Position numbers and translations under genes: made by a program
Source of the DNA: an uncultured Candidatus Saccharibacteria bacterium
Lineage (GTDB): Bacteria > Patescibacteriota > Saccharimonadia > Saccharimonadales > Saccharimonadaceae
Assembly: GCA_964625885.1 (NCBI GenBank)
Contig: CAZVBM010000002.1
Span: forward strand, 7,537 to 71,536
Direction of reading: 5' to 3'
DNA length: 64,000 nucleotides
Shown here: one piece after another, positions 32,266 to 40,053 of the stretch
Numbering within the stretch: position 1 is the first letter of the stretch
Layout of the letters: every line of letters starts with the position of its first letter
The notes under the pieces: model-generated
What the model saw: the letters and a program-made list of their open reading frames with translations, nothing else
Told to the model about the DNA's origin: nothing
Databases searched by the model: none

Positions 32266-32410
32266 ATCCCACCGGGAAGGTTCGTTCGCTTTGCTTCCGA
32301 ACGCTCCGCCCGAACGCCAGATTAGTTTTGCTAACGCAAAACATCTGGGTTCGGTCCTGATGCGAAGCATCAAAAAAGAATACCCCAGCCGTTGGCTGAG
32401 GTATTCTTTT
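32266..32410 (-). repeat. tRNA-Glu-matched trailer unit: terminator-like hairpin, T-arm-derived palindrome and a 13-nt copy of the tRNA 3' part
   Basis: atcccaccgggaa at 32266-32278 repeats 32416-32428 inside the tRNA. ccgaacgccagat (32310-32322) and atctgggttcgg (32343-32354) form a hairpin made of tRNA-Glu T-arm sequence around gttttgctaacgcaaaac. Confidence 0.7.
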
Positions 32411-32485
32411 TGGTGATCCCACCGGGAATCGAACCCAGATTGCCAGGATGAAAACCTGGTGTCCTAACCGTTAGACGATGGGACC
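32411..32485 (-). tRNA. tRNA-Glu (anticodon UUC), CCA encoded
   Basis: Hand-folded cloverleaf: GGTCCCA/TGGGATC acceptor, anticodon loop TTTTCAT, T-arm CTGGG-TTCGATT-CCCGG. Confidence 0.9.
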
Positions 32486-32719
32486 AAAATGGTTAAAACG
32501 TGGCTAATTATAACCGATTAATTCTCAAAACACAAGCGTGGCTAAAACACAAGAATTCTTTCCGTAATCAGCCCATCATTCCGCAAGGTATCTGAGTTGG
32601 GCTTACAACCAACCAGCCGATTTTAGTAGTTGTTACACTGTAATACCAAGATCAGCTTCGTATAACAGTGGTCAAATTGCTTAGCTTATTGTTATTTTGC
32701 ACTTTTTGTTGTAAAACTA

Positions 32720-32748
32720 TTGACTTTTTAAGCCGTTTGTGCTAATAT
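32720..32748 (+). promoter_or_regulatory. Sigma70-like promoter (TTGACT, 17-nt spacer, TAATAT) followed by a leader of about 150 nt
   Basis: ttgact at 32720-32725 and taatat at 32743-32748. The leader contains three hairpins before the GGAGGG SD of the 32904 ORF. Confidence 0.55.
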
Positions 32749-32903
32749 TAAAGTATCTTTGATCCGCCCTAGGGTGGGCGACAAATCAAGGTGAAACTTA
32801 ATAGTTAGGTAATTTTAGTCTAAGAAGTTAGACTAATCAAGTTGGATTTCTTTTTTACCACTCTTGGCCGAGTGGTAGACAACAAACAGGAGGGAAAGAG
32901 ACC

Positions 32904-33746
32904 ATGGCGACAAATATAAGCCTAAAAGACGCGCGTCTCTTTGTTGAGAACGCGCTTAAAGCAGCTGGTAGCTCGGTTGACGTTTCCAAAAAGCGTCGGC
33001 CTGGACTGAGGGAGGCCTTGGTAAAAGCCAAGGTTGACTTCAAGGTTCTGCAGGAGTTTGATAGACTCTTCCCAGAACCCGCAACGGCCCAAGAACCCCC
33101 CGCCAAAAGCGGGGACGACACAAAACCCGAAGGCAACAAGCCAGAGGGTGAGAAGCCCGAGGACAAGAAGTCTGAGGGCGATGAGAAAAAACCGAAAAAA
33201 CCCTGGTATAAGAGAGTTTGGGTATGGATATTCTTTATCCTCCCCGCCCTCTTTGCAACCGGAGTGTGGTTCTTTTCTCTACCCGAAGTGGATAAGTGGG
33301 GAATTGGAGCTCAATTATTCATCGTAATAGTAAGCTCTCTGGGAATCTTCGGCCTCTGGAAGTGCCAAGAAAGGTTCCCAGTCGCCAAAGTGTTTGGGTC
33401 GGCTGCAATCATCGCAGCCTTCCTGGGCGGTATTCAGTCCGTTCATCGGGCTGATGGCGACCCCAACACCTACTTCCGATTCAGCGGCGGAGTCGCTAAT
33501 TGGACCATGGTGATAGCTGGGGTTGTCCTGGTAGCCGTAGTCACGCTTATCGCGTGGATTGTAGCTACTAAGACACCTAAGCTGTTCAAGGCGATTACGT
33601 TGTCCGCTCTGTTACTGCTCGGGATTGCCTATACATACTTTGTCACTTTTGAGGTACATCTAAGTGAGGCGAACATGATAGCGCAAACCCAAAAAGACCT
33701 AGATGGCGGCACAAATCCGGCGCCAATGGCGCCAGCAAACGATTAA
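32904..33746 (+). CDS. Hypothetical polytopic membrane protein with a charged K/E/P-rich linker
   Basis: 280 aa. Soluble N-terminus, then a PEGNKPEGEKPEDKKSEGDEKKPKK linker, then about 5 predicted TM helices. SD GGAGGG upstream. Confidence 0.7.
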   Translation: MATNISLKDARLFVENALKAAGSSVDVSKKRRPGLREALVKAKVDFKVLQEFDRLFPEPATAQEPPAKSGDDTKPEGNKPEGEKPEDKKSEGDEKKPKKPWYKRVWVWIFFILPALFATGVWFFSLPEVDKWGIGAQLFIVIVSSLGIFGLWKCQERFPVAKVFGSAAIIAAFLGGIQSVHRADGDPNTYFRFSGGVANWTMVIAGVVLVAVVTLIAWIVATKTPKLFKAITLSALLLLGIAYTYFVTFEVHLSEANMIAQTQKDLDGGTNPAPMAPAND

Positions 33747-33763
33747 AAAGGAGGGGTTCTTCC

Positions 33764-35164
33764 ATGACGAAGAATAGAAAATGGCTTTGGGCCATCTTGG
33801 CAGTCGTATTGATTGCCGCAGTCGCGTTCGGCGCATGGTACGCCGCAACAAACATTCCTGAGGTTCGCAAGCTCTTTGGTTTCGGTAAGAAGCCAGGAGC
33901 AGGCGACAACCTACCGACCCAACCGACGCAGGTACCTCTGGTGACAGAGGCGCCAGCAGCGGAACTCGTTTCCGAGGCGGTGCCCAGCGTCAAGCTGTGG
34001 CTCGCCAACGACGAGACCCTTACTGGTCGTCCGAAGAGCGAGGAACAACTCGCTTTTGAAGCCGCTCTCGGTCGCGAGTTAACAACTGGCGACGTAGTCG
34101 GTTTCTCCGGTCACGGTGACCGGATCGGCACCCGCTACGCTAATAGGCTGTTCTTCGTTGATTACGATGAAACAGTCTTCCGCGGCCTCTCTGGCGATTT
34201 TAATACCGCCAATGAGGCTTGGCTGACTATCCAGAGCGACGTCGATAACTACGACGTCATTATGAGGGCAGCCAAAATAATGCTGAATGCCAATCCTGAG
34301 GACATCAGGTTAGCAGCTCAGCAAGAAGCCGAAACCGGGCTTTGGCAGCGACTGGTGTGGAACCACGCCAACGCTTGTCTGAGCGCGAAAAAGCGCACAG
34401 CCAAGCTCGAGTATCGCGAGATGCTCGATAAGTTGGTGAACAAAGAGTATCAGAGCTTACGCACTGATACTTTTAGGACTCACTGGGTATTCCGGATCAC
34501 TCGGGTAACCAAGGAAGAGTATGAGGCGGCAACGCCCGACTTCCAGGGATGGCACCTCGGTGCAGCACCTGGAGTTTATCGCTCCAAGTCCTATGCTGAC
34601 GAGGCGAAAAACCTGTTCATCGTAGGGGAAATCTTCTACGATGAGAGTGAGTGGGCTACCCCAGTGATCCACATCCCGTTAGGTGATGTGTTCACCCAGG
34701 GCGGATTTAGGATCAACGATCTTTGCATCGTTGTCCCCTACGACCCCTGCACCGGAAACCCGTCGGTAAATCCGACCGAGGTACCGGTTCAGCCGACGGC
34801 GACACCGGCACCGACTCCTACCAAGGAACCGAAGCCTTCGGACGAAGGAGAGTATATGTATACAAACCCTGAGAAACCGAATGAATCGGCCCCGGTAGAG
34901 GCACCGAATGCCGAGCCGACAAACGTGCCGACGCCAAAGCCAACCAAAAAGTCGGCGGCACCGGCACAGCAACCGGCACCACAGCCGGCACCGGCATCAC
35001 AACCGGAACCGGCACCGGCACCGCAACCGGAACCCGCGCCAGCTCAGGTACAAGTTGTTGTCATCAACAACCCGCCTGATAACTCAGCGCCCTACCCCAG
35101 TACCACTGAACCACCCCAGGTGAACGAAACAAGCACCGAGGCGGTGGACCTCAGTGGTATCTGA
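33764..35164 (+). CDS. Hypothetical membrane-anchored protein with a C-terminal proline-rich (PAPQPEPAP) region
   Basis: 466 aa. SD AGGAGGGG. N-terminal TM (WLWAILAVVLIAAVAFGAWYAA). The proline-rich tail is encoded by markedly GC-rich DNA. Confidence 0.7.
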   Translation: MTKNRKWLWAILAVVLIAAVAFGAWYAATNIPEVRKLFGFGKKPGAGDNLPTQPTQVPLVTEAPAAELVSEAVPSVKLWLANDETLTGRPKSEEQLAFEAALGRELTTGDVVGFSGHGDRIGTRYANRLFFVDYDETVFRGLSGDFNTANEAWLTIQSDVDNYDVIMRAAKIMLNANPEDIRLAAQQEAETGLWQRLVWNHANACLSAKKRTAKLEYREMLDKLVNKEYQSLRTDTFRTHWVFRITRVTKEEYEAATPDFQGWHLGAAPGVYRSKSYADEAKNLFIVGEIFYDESEWATPVIHIPLGDVFTQGGFRINDLCIVVPYDPCTGNPSVNPTEVPVQPTATPAPTPTKEPKPSDEGEYMYTNPEKPNESAPVEAPNAEPTNVPTPKPTKKSAAPAQQPAPQPAPASQPEPAPAPQPEPAPAQVQVVVINNPPDNSAPYPSTTEPPQVNETSTEAVDLSGI

Positions 35165-35249
35165 CCCAACTTGACGGCTGTTGCTGCTGACAACCGAAAG
35201 AGCCTTGTCTGGGGCCAAACAGACAAAGCTCATCAGCGCAGTACCTTTC

Positions 35250-35273
35250 GGGCCACCACTTCGGTGGTGGCCC
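35250..35273 (+). terminator. GC-rich hairpin after the 33764 ORF (weak terminator, no clear T-run)
   Basis: gggccaccac-ttcg-gtggtggccc. Confidence 0.4.
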
Positions 35274-35323
35274 AATTCCTAGATTAAAACTACCTAACTA
35301 TTAAAGAAAATAACGCTAATGCC

Positions 35324-35352
35324 TTTACAAAACCAAAGTTTTGTGATATAAT
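35324..35352 (+). promoter_or_regulatory. Sigma70-like promoter (TTTACA, 17-nt spacer, TATAAT) followed by a structured leader of about 130 nt
   Basis: tttaca at 35324-35329 and tataat at 35347-35352. The leader has cgtgag...ctcacg and gccattac...gtaatggc stems. Confidence 0.55.
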
Positions 35353-35488
35353 GGTATTATTCACGTGAGAGATTGGTCGAAATAGCTCACGGGAGGAGCG
35401 CCATTACAATCAATATTAGCTCGTAATGGCATAAATAATTAATAAGGTCATCGGTGTTTGAGACACTAGATGGCAAAGGGAGAAAACT

Positions 35489-36934
35489 ATGAAAAAGATT
35501 TGGAGCGCTATCAAGCGTAACCCAAAGAAGGCGATTTTAGCTAGCGTACTAGCTATCGTTGGTTTGCTACCTATTGTGTCAAACGCATGGGGACCAAGCC
35601 GACCAACCTTCACGATTGAGGATCCAGCCGACTACGTCGTGTTTAACTCAATCACCAACAACCCAGCTCACGGTGACGAGCGAAGCTTCGTACAAATCAA
35701 GGAGAAAACTGCTTCTGATAGTACCTACGCTAATAAGCTTAACATCGCAACTGGTAAAACCTACACGGTTTTCGTGTATTACCACAACAACGCAGCTGCT
35801 AACTATAACCTAGTAGCGACTAACACTCGCATGAACACGCAGTTGCCAGGTACTGTCAAGGCTAACACCGAGACAGCTATCTCAGCCAAAATCATGGCTG
35901 ACAACGCCAACCCAAAAACTGTTTGGGATGAGGTCAAGGTCACCTCAACTGAGGACGTAGTGCTAAAATATGTTTCAAACAGCGCTACCATCCACAGCAA
36001 GGGTGCTGTCAATGGCAAGAAGCTTAACTCAAATGAGTTTCTAACCAGTGGCGCCCTCATCGGCTACAACGCTCTGGACGGACGAGTCCAAGGTTGTCAT
36101 CAATTCGCCGGCTATGTCACTTATGACTTCGTCGTCGAATCAGCCAACCAGCCTAACTTCACCATCGTGAAAACTGTTTCGCTGACTGGCAAGAAACAAT
36201 ACGGCGAGGAAGTCAACACAACTGATAACCAGATCGTTGACTTCAAAATCGTCTACACCAATACTGGTAAGACTACCCAGACTGGCGTACACATCAAGGA
36301 CGTTCTGCCAACTGGCATGACTTATGTCAAGGGCAGTACTATACTAGTTAACGCCGCAACTGGCGGTAAGCCTAAGGTAATCGCCGATACTATCACCACC
36401 AACGGTGTTAATATCGGAGACTATGCCCCAGGCGCCAATGCTGGTATCGTGTTCAGCGCTAAGATCAATGATTTTGACTGCAATAAGCGAGTTGAAATCA
36501 CCAACTACGCGCAAGCCATCACTAAAGATGGTACAAAATCTGACTCAGCCAAGGTAATCGTTACGACCGAAGCCTGCCCAATCAAAGACATCAAAGTCTG
36601 CCGATTGAGCGACAAGAAGGTTGTTACTATCAAGGAAAACGAGTTTGACGCTAATAAGCACTCAAAGAACTTGAAGGACTGCGACGAAGTTCCAGCTAAG
36701 CATATAGAAGTTTGCCGCCTAAGCGACAAAAAGATGGTATCAATTCTGGAAAGTCAGTTCGACGCCAGCAAGTACTCGAAAAATGCCAAAGACTGTGAAA
36801 CTACCCCAGTCGTGCCAACTCCTCCAGAGTTGCCAACTACTGGTCCAGCTGAAACTCTCAGCCAGGTAATCGGTCTTGGTGCCCTAGTCACCAGCGCGGG
36901 ATACTACATCTCGAGCCGAAAACTAGTCAAATAA
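35489..36934 (+). CDS. LPXTG-anchored cell-surface protein with a DUF11-like fold and two tandem Cys-containing 38-aa repeats
   Basis: Signal peptide (ILASVLAIVGLLPIVSNAWG). A DUF11-like segment (VDFKIVYTNTGKTTQTGVHIKDVLPTGMTYVKGST). C-terminal LPTTG, then a hydrophobic stretch, then SRKLVK. Confidence 0.85.
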   Translation: MKKIWSAIKRNPKKAILASVLAIVGLLPIVSNAWGPSRPTFTIEDPADYVVFNSITNNPAHGDERSFVQIKEKTASDSTYANKLNIATGKTYTVFVYYHNNAAANYNLVATNTRMNTQLPGTVKANTETAISAKIMADNANPKTVWDEVKVTSTEDVVLKYVSNSATIHSKGAVNGKKLNSNEFLTSGALIGYNALDGRVQGCHQFAGYVTYDFVVESANQPNFTIVKTVSLTGKKQYGEEVNTTDNQIVDFKIVYTNTGKTTQTGVHIKDVLPTGMTYVKGSTILVNAATGGKPKVIADTITTNGVNIGDYAPGANAGIVFSAKINDFDCNKRVEITNYAQAITKDGTKSDSAKVIVTTEACPIKDIKVCRLSDKKVVTIKENEFDANKHSKNLKDCDEVPAKHIEVCRLSDKKMVSILESQFDASKYSKNAKDCETTPVVPTPPELPTTGPAETLSQVIGLGALVTSAGYYISSRKLVK

Positions 36935-36975
36935 GCCTGACCGCTCCAAGATAATTCTTATAGCCTAAGGGCACT

Positions 36976-37003
36976 AAAACCTCCCCGAACTGGGGAGATT
37001 TTA
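36976..37003. terminator. Bidirectional terminator hairpin between convergent genes
   Basis: ctcccc-gaact-ggggag flanked by an A-run and a T-run. Confidence 0.55.
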
Positions 37004-38407
37004 GTTTTGCTTTTCAATATGAATACCAGGGTTGAGGCTACGATCAATTGGCAAGCGAAAACCAAAAACACTACCACCACTGTCAATTGGTTGATAATAG
37101 GCCTCGCCGTTATGACGCTCAACGATTTCTCGCACCAAATACAGCCCAATACCAGTACCATCTGGACGACGCTTGCGCCCATTACTTGCCCGAAAGAACT
37201 TATCAAACAACTCGGCTCGCTCCTTGGGCGGCACGCCAATGCCCTGATCACGCACCGCCACCTCAATCGCCCCACTCACCTGCTTCACCCCCACCTCAAT
37301 CACACTGCGCCTATTGGAGTAGTAAATAGCGTTGTCTAATAGATTGCCTATTACTTGGCGAATCTTGTCACGATCAAGGTTAAACACTGCTGGCAAGTTA
37401 TCTTGACAGGTTAACTCAATTTTCAAGTCGTACATCTGGGCAACCTCGCGCATTGACTCTACTTCCGACACGACTAAATCAACTAGATTATGTGGGGACT
37501 TGAGTAAACGAAAACGCCCTGCCTGTAGTCGCGACAAACTAACAAAATCGTTAATCATATGCGACATCGTGGCGCTAGCCCGAAAAGCCTCGCCCAATGC
37601 TCGCTGCTGCTCAGGTGTAATTTGGCCAACATCACCCTCTAAGACCAGACTTAAATAGCCCTTGATGGTCGTCAGTGGAGTGCGAAGTTGGTGCGATACC
37701 ATGGCCACAAATTCGTCTTTAATCTTGTCAAACTTACGTAACTGTTCATTAGAGCGCTCAATTTCCTTGGTAGCGTCCTGTACTCGTTGCTCTAATGTCC
37801 TGTTTAGCTCAACTAGGCTGTCGCGCGACCAAGACACGCTTAACGCTACCGCCACACCGTTTAGTGCCGCCTCAACTTCCGCTATTTTATACCTGTCAAT
37901 TTCGCCGTCGCTAGCCGTCAAACCAAGAAAACCAATCGCCTGTCCGCCAGCGCGCAATAACATCAAGTAGCTAAGCCCATAGCCCGACAGAAGTTTGTTG
38001 ATCGTAGCTTCAGTTGATGAGAGCTTTGCTCTCTCTATTACTGGCGACCGACGCGACTCGAAAAACTTTACCAGAGTCGAGAAATCAGCTTCGGCAAAGC
38101 CAGACTGGCTGTGTGTCAAACGACCGGATAAAAGCGTCGACATGGTAGTCTGCTCGCCGCCCCTGGGACGGACAATCAAACAAACTTGATCTACCTCGGC
38201 CCAACGCGCCGTCACGCGCAACAAGCGACCAATGGTTGCCTGAAATCCTATGTCAAGCGAGGCAATCTGGTAAATCTGATCCTCAAATTCATCATCGGCC
38301 TTTGCCCGAATGGCCACCAACCTACTCTGCCGCCACAATAGATAGAAACTAGTAACTAAAATTACCAGTAGAACTATGACAGTTGCCCACGTAGAAATAT
38401 CGTCCAT
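37001..38407 (-). CDS. Sensor histidine kinase (TM, GAF-like, HisKA and HATPase_c regions)
   Basis: H-box MVSHQLRTPLTTIKGYL, N-box LLDNAIYYS, and G-boxes DQGIGVP and GTGIGLYLV. N-terminal TM helix. Confidence 0.9.
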   Translation of the reverse strand: MDDISTWATVIVLLVILVTSFYLLWRQSRLVAIRAKADDEFEDQIYQIASLDIGFQATIGRLLRVTARWAEVDQVCLIVRPRGGEQTTMSTLLSGRLTHSQSGFAEADFSTLVKFFESRRSPVIERAKLSSTEATINKLLSGYGLSYLMLLRAGGQAIGFLGLTASDGEIDRYKIAEVEAALNGVAVALSVSWSRDSLVELNRTLEQRVQDATKEIERSNEQLRKFDKIKDEFVAMVSHQLRTPLTTIKGYLSLVLEGDVGQITPEQQRALGEAFRASATMSHMINDFVSLSRLQAGRFRLLKSPHNLVDLVVSEVESMREVAQMYDLKIELTCQDNLPAVFNLDRDKIRQVIGNLLDNAIYYSNRRSVIEVGVKQVSGAIEVAVRDQGIGVPPKERAELFDKFFRASNGRKRRPDGTGIGLYLVREIVERHNGEAYYQPIDSGGSVFGFRLPIDRSLNPGIHIEKQN

Positions 38408-38467
38408 TGCCCTAATTTTACCATAAACAATTTGTTTTAGACGACTCTTGGTGTTAAAATTGAGTTA

Positions 38468-38839
38468 ATGCATAAAATTGTAATCATTGAAGATGACCGC
38501 GCCATCAACCAGATGTACCGCATGAAATTTGAAACCAACGACTTTGACGTGCGAATTGCTTATGACGGCCAGTCTGGCATTGATCTAGTCAAGGCTTTTG
38601 CGCCCGAGGTGGTTCTGCTTGATCTGCAAATGCCAGAAATGACTGGCGATGAAGTATTAAAAGCTATACGAAAAGACGACAAGCTAGCCGACACTAAGGT
38701 AATCATCCTAACCAACACCAGTGCCGAAGAGGCACCAGCCAGTCTAAGCAAGTTTAAGCCAGATGACTATATCGTCAAAGCCGAATTAACCCCATCGCAA
38801 GTTGTCGAGCGCACTAAAGAAGTGCTCGGCGCAAAATAA
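38468..38839 (+). CDS. Single-domain response regulator (CheY-like receiver only)
   Basis: 123 aa. IEDD acidic pocket, phospho-acceptor context VLLDLQMPEMTG, conserved T and K positions. No output domain. Extended -10 (TGTTAAAAT) ends 7 nt before the ATG and there is no SD. Confidence 0.88.
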   Translation: MHKIVIIEDDRAINQMYRMKFETNDFDVRIAYDGQSGIDLVKAFAPEVVLLDLQMPEMTGDEVLKAIRKDDKLADTKVIILTNTSAEEAPASLSKFKPDDYIVKAELTPSQVVERTKEVLGAK

Positions 38840-38880
38840 CTTTTGGCTTTTGCGCTAAAAAGTGGTAAAATAACTCTAAT

Positions 38881-38957
38881 GCACCCGTAGCTCAGCGGAT
38901 TAGAGTACTTGGCTTCGAACCAAGGGGCCGCAGGTTCGAGTCCTGCCGGGTGCACCA
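38881..38957 (+). tRNA. tRNA-Arg (anticodon UCG), CCA encoded
   Basis: Hand-folded: acceptor GCACCCG/CGGGTGC, anticodon loop CTTCGAA, T-arm GCAGG-TTCGAGT-CCTGC. Confidence 0.9.
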
Positions 38958-39335
38958 TCCTCCGTCGCTATCCGTTGGATAGCTATGGAGGATTTTTTGT
39001 ACATCTAGGTAGGGCGAGAACCTGACTCGCCAGTTGGCGGGAGGTTCGGCGTAGCGCAGCGAAGCGAAAAAGTGTTTACATTTTTTCGCAAGCAAGCGAA
39101 GGAGCGAGCAAAGCGAGCGATGTCCTGCCGGGTGCACCATTAAAAAATAGCTACATTGTGGCCATTTTTTAATGGTCTATACCCAGACAGATTTGATTCT
39201 GCGGCGCGGCAGATTTAGCTGACGCAAGCCGCAGGTTCGGCGGAGGCGAAATGAGAAAAGAAAGCACTGTAGGTATTTTCTTTTCGAATGAGCCAGAGGA
39301 GGCAAAGCCGATGTCCTGCCACGCACCCATCACCC
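38958..39335 (+). repeat. Two tandem tRNA-Arg-matched units, each ending in a copy of the tRNA 3' part
   Basis: gtcctgccgggtgcacca (38940-38957) is repeated exactly at 39122-39139 and degenerately at 39313-39329. T-stem 5' copies lie at 39038-39049 (diverged) and 39228-39240 (12/13). Confidence 0.85.
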
Positions 39336-39385
39336 CTTGAATAAAACCCCAAAAAAGTGTAGAATAATCAGGCAAGAGAAGCTTA

Positions 39386-39974
<589 letters not shown>

Positions 39975-40053
39975 ATTACAATATTATCATAAACACAATA
40001 AAACCACCCGGTTTGTGACCGAGTGGTTTTAGTTCTGTCAAAAGCTTTGCTTA

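Noticed and set aside
33643-34008. Minus-strand ORFs 32855..33166 and 33643..34008 in the GC-rich segment
   Set aside because: They are antisense to longer plus-strand ORFs that have an SD, TM helices and operon structure. High GC inflates spurious ORF length.
34679-35123. Arg-rich ORFs 34679..34972(-), 34818..35021(-) and 34908..35123(+)
   Set aside because: They are alternative-frame readings of the GC-rich CCG/GCA repeat DNA that encodes the proline-rich tail of the 33764..35164 protein.
32266-37000. Classical prophage or integrative island at tRNA-Glu
   Set aside because: There is no integrase, excisionase, transposase or phage structural gene. The accessory genes lie on the 5' side of the tRNA. 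The att-like repeat delimits only about 130 bp on the 3' side.
38892-39140. ORFs in the six-frame track that run through tRNA genes and their trailer repeats: 38767..38958, 38892..39140, 39169..39375, 39383..39763, 46043..46354, 47260..47508, 47447..47659, 54728..55030, 54843..55118, 56524..56712, 56654..56854 and 56969..57184. The shared peptide LLRLLAKKCKHFFASLRYAE might suggest a protein family.
   Set aside because: They overlap hand-folded tRNAs or read across repeat DNA. They lack an SD. The shared peptide is just the translation of the 61-nt repeated block, which is read on opposite genomic strands. Conservation is at the nucleotide and hairpin level, not the codon level.
38940-39335. 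Could the repeated tRNA 3' ends be a CRISPR-like array?
   Set aside because: There are only 2-3 repeats per locus. The repeats are tRNA-derived and differ between loci. The 'spacers' share sequence with each other and across loci. No cas genes or leader are present.
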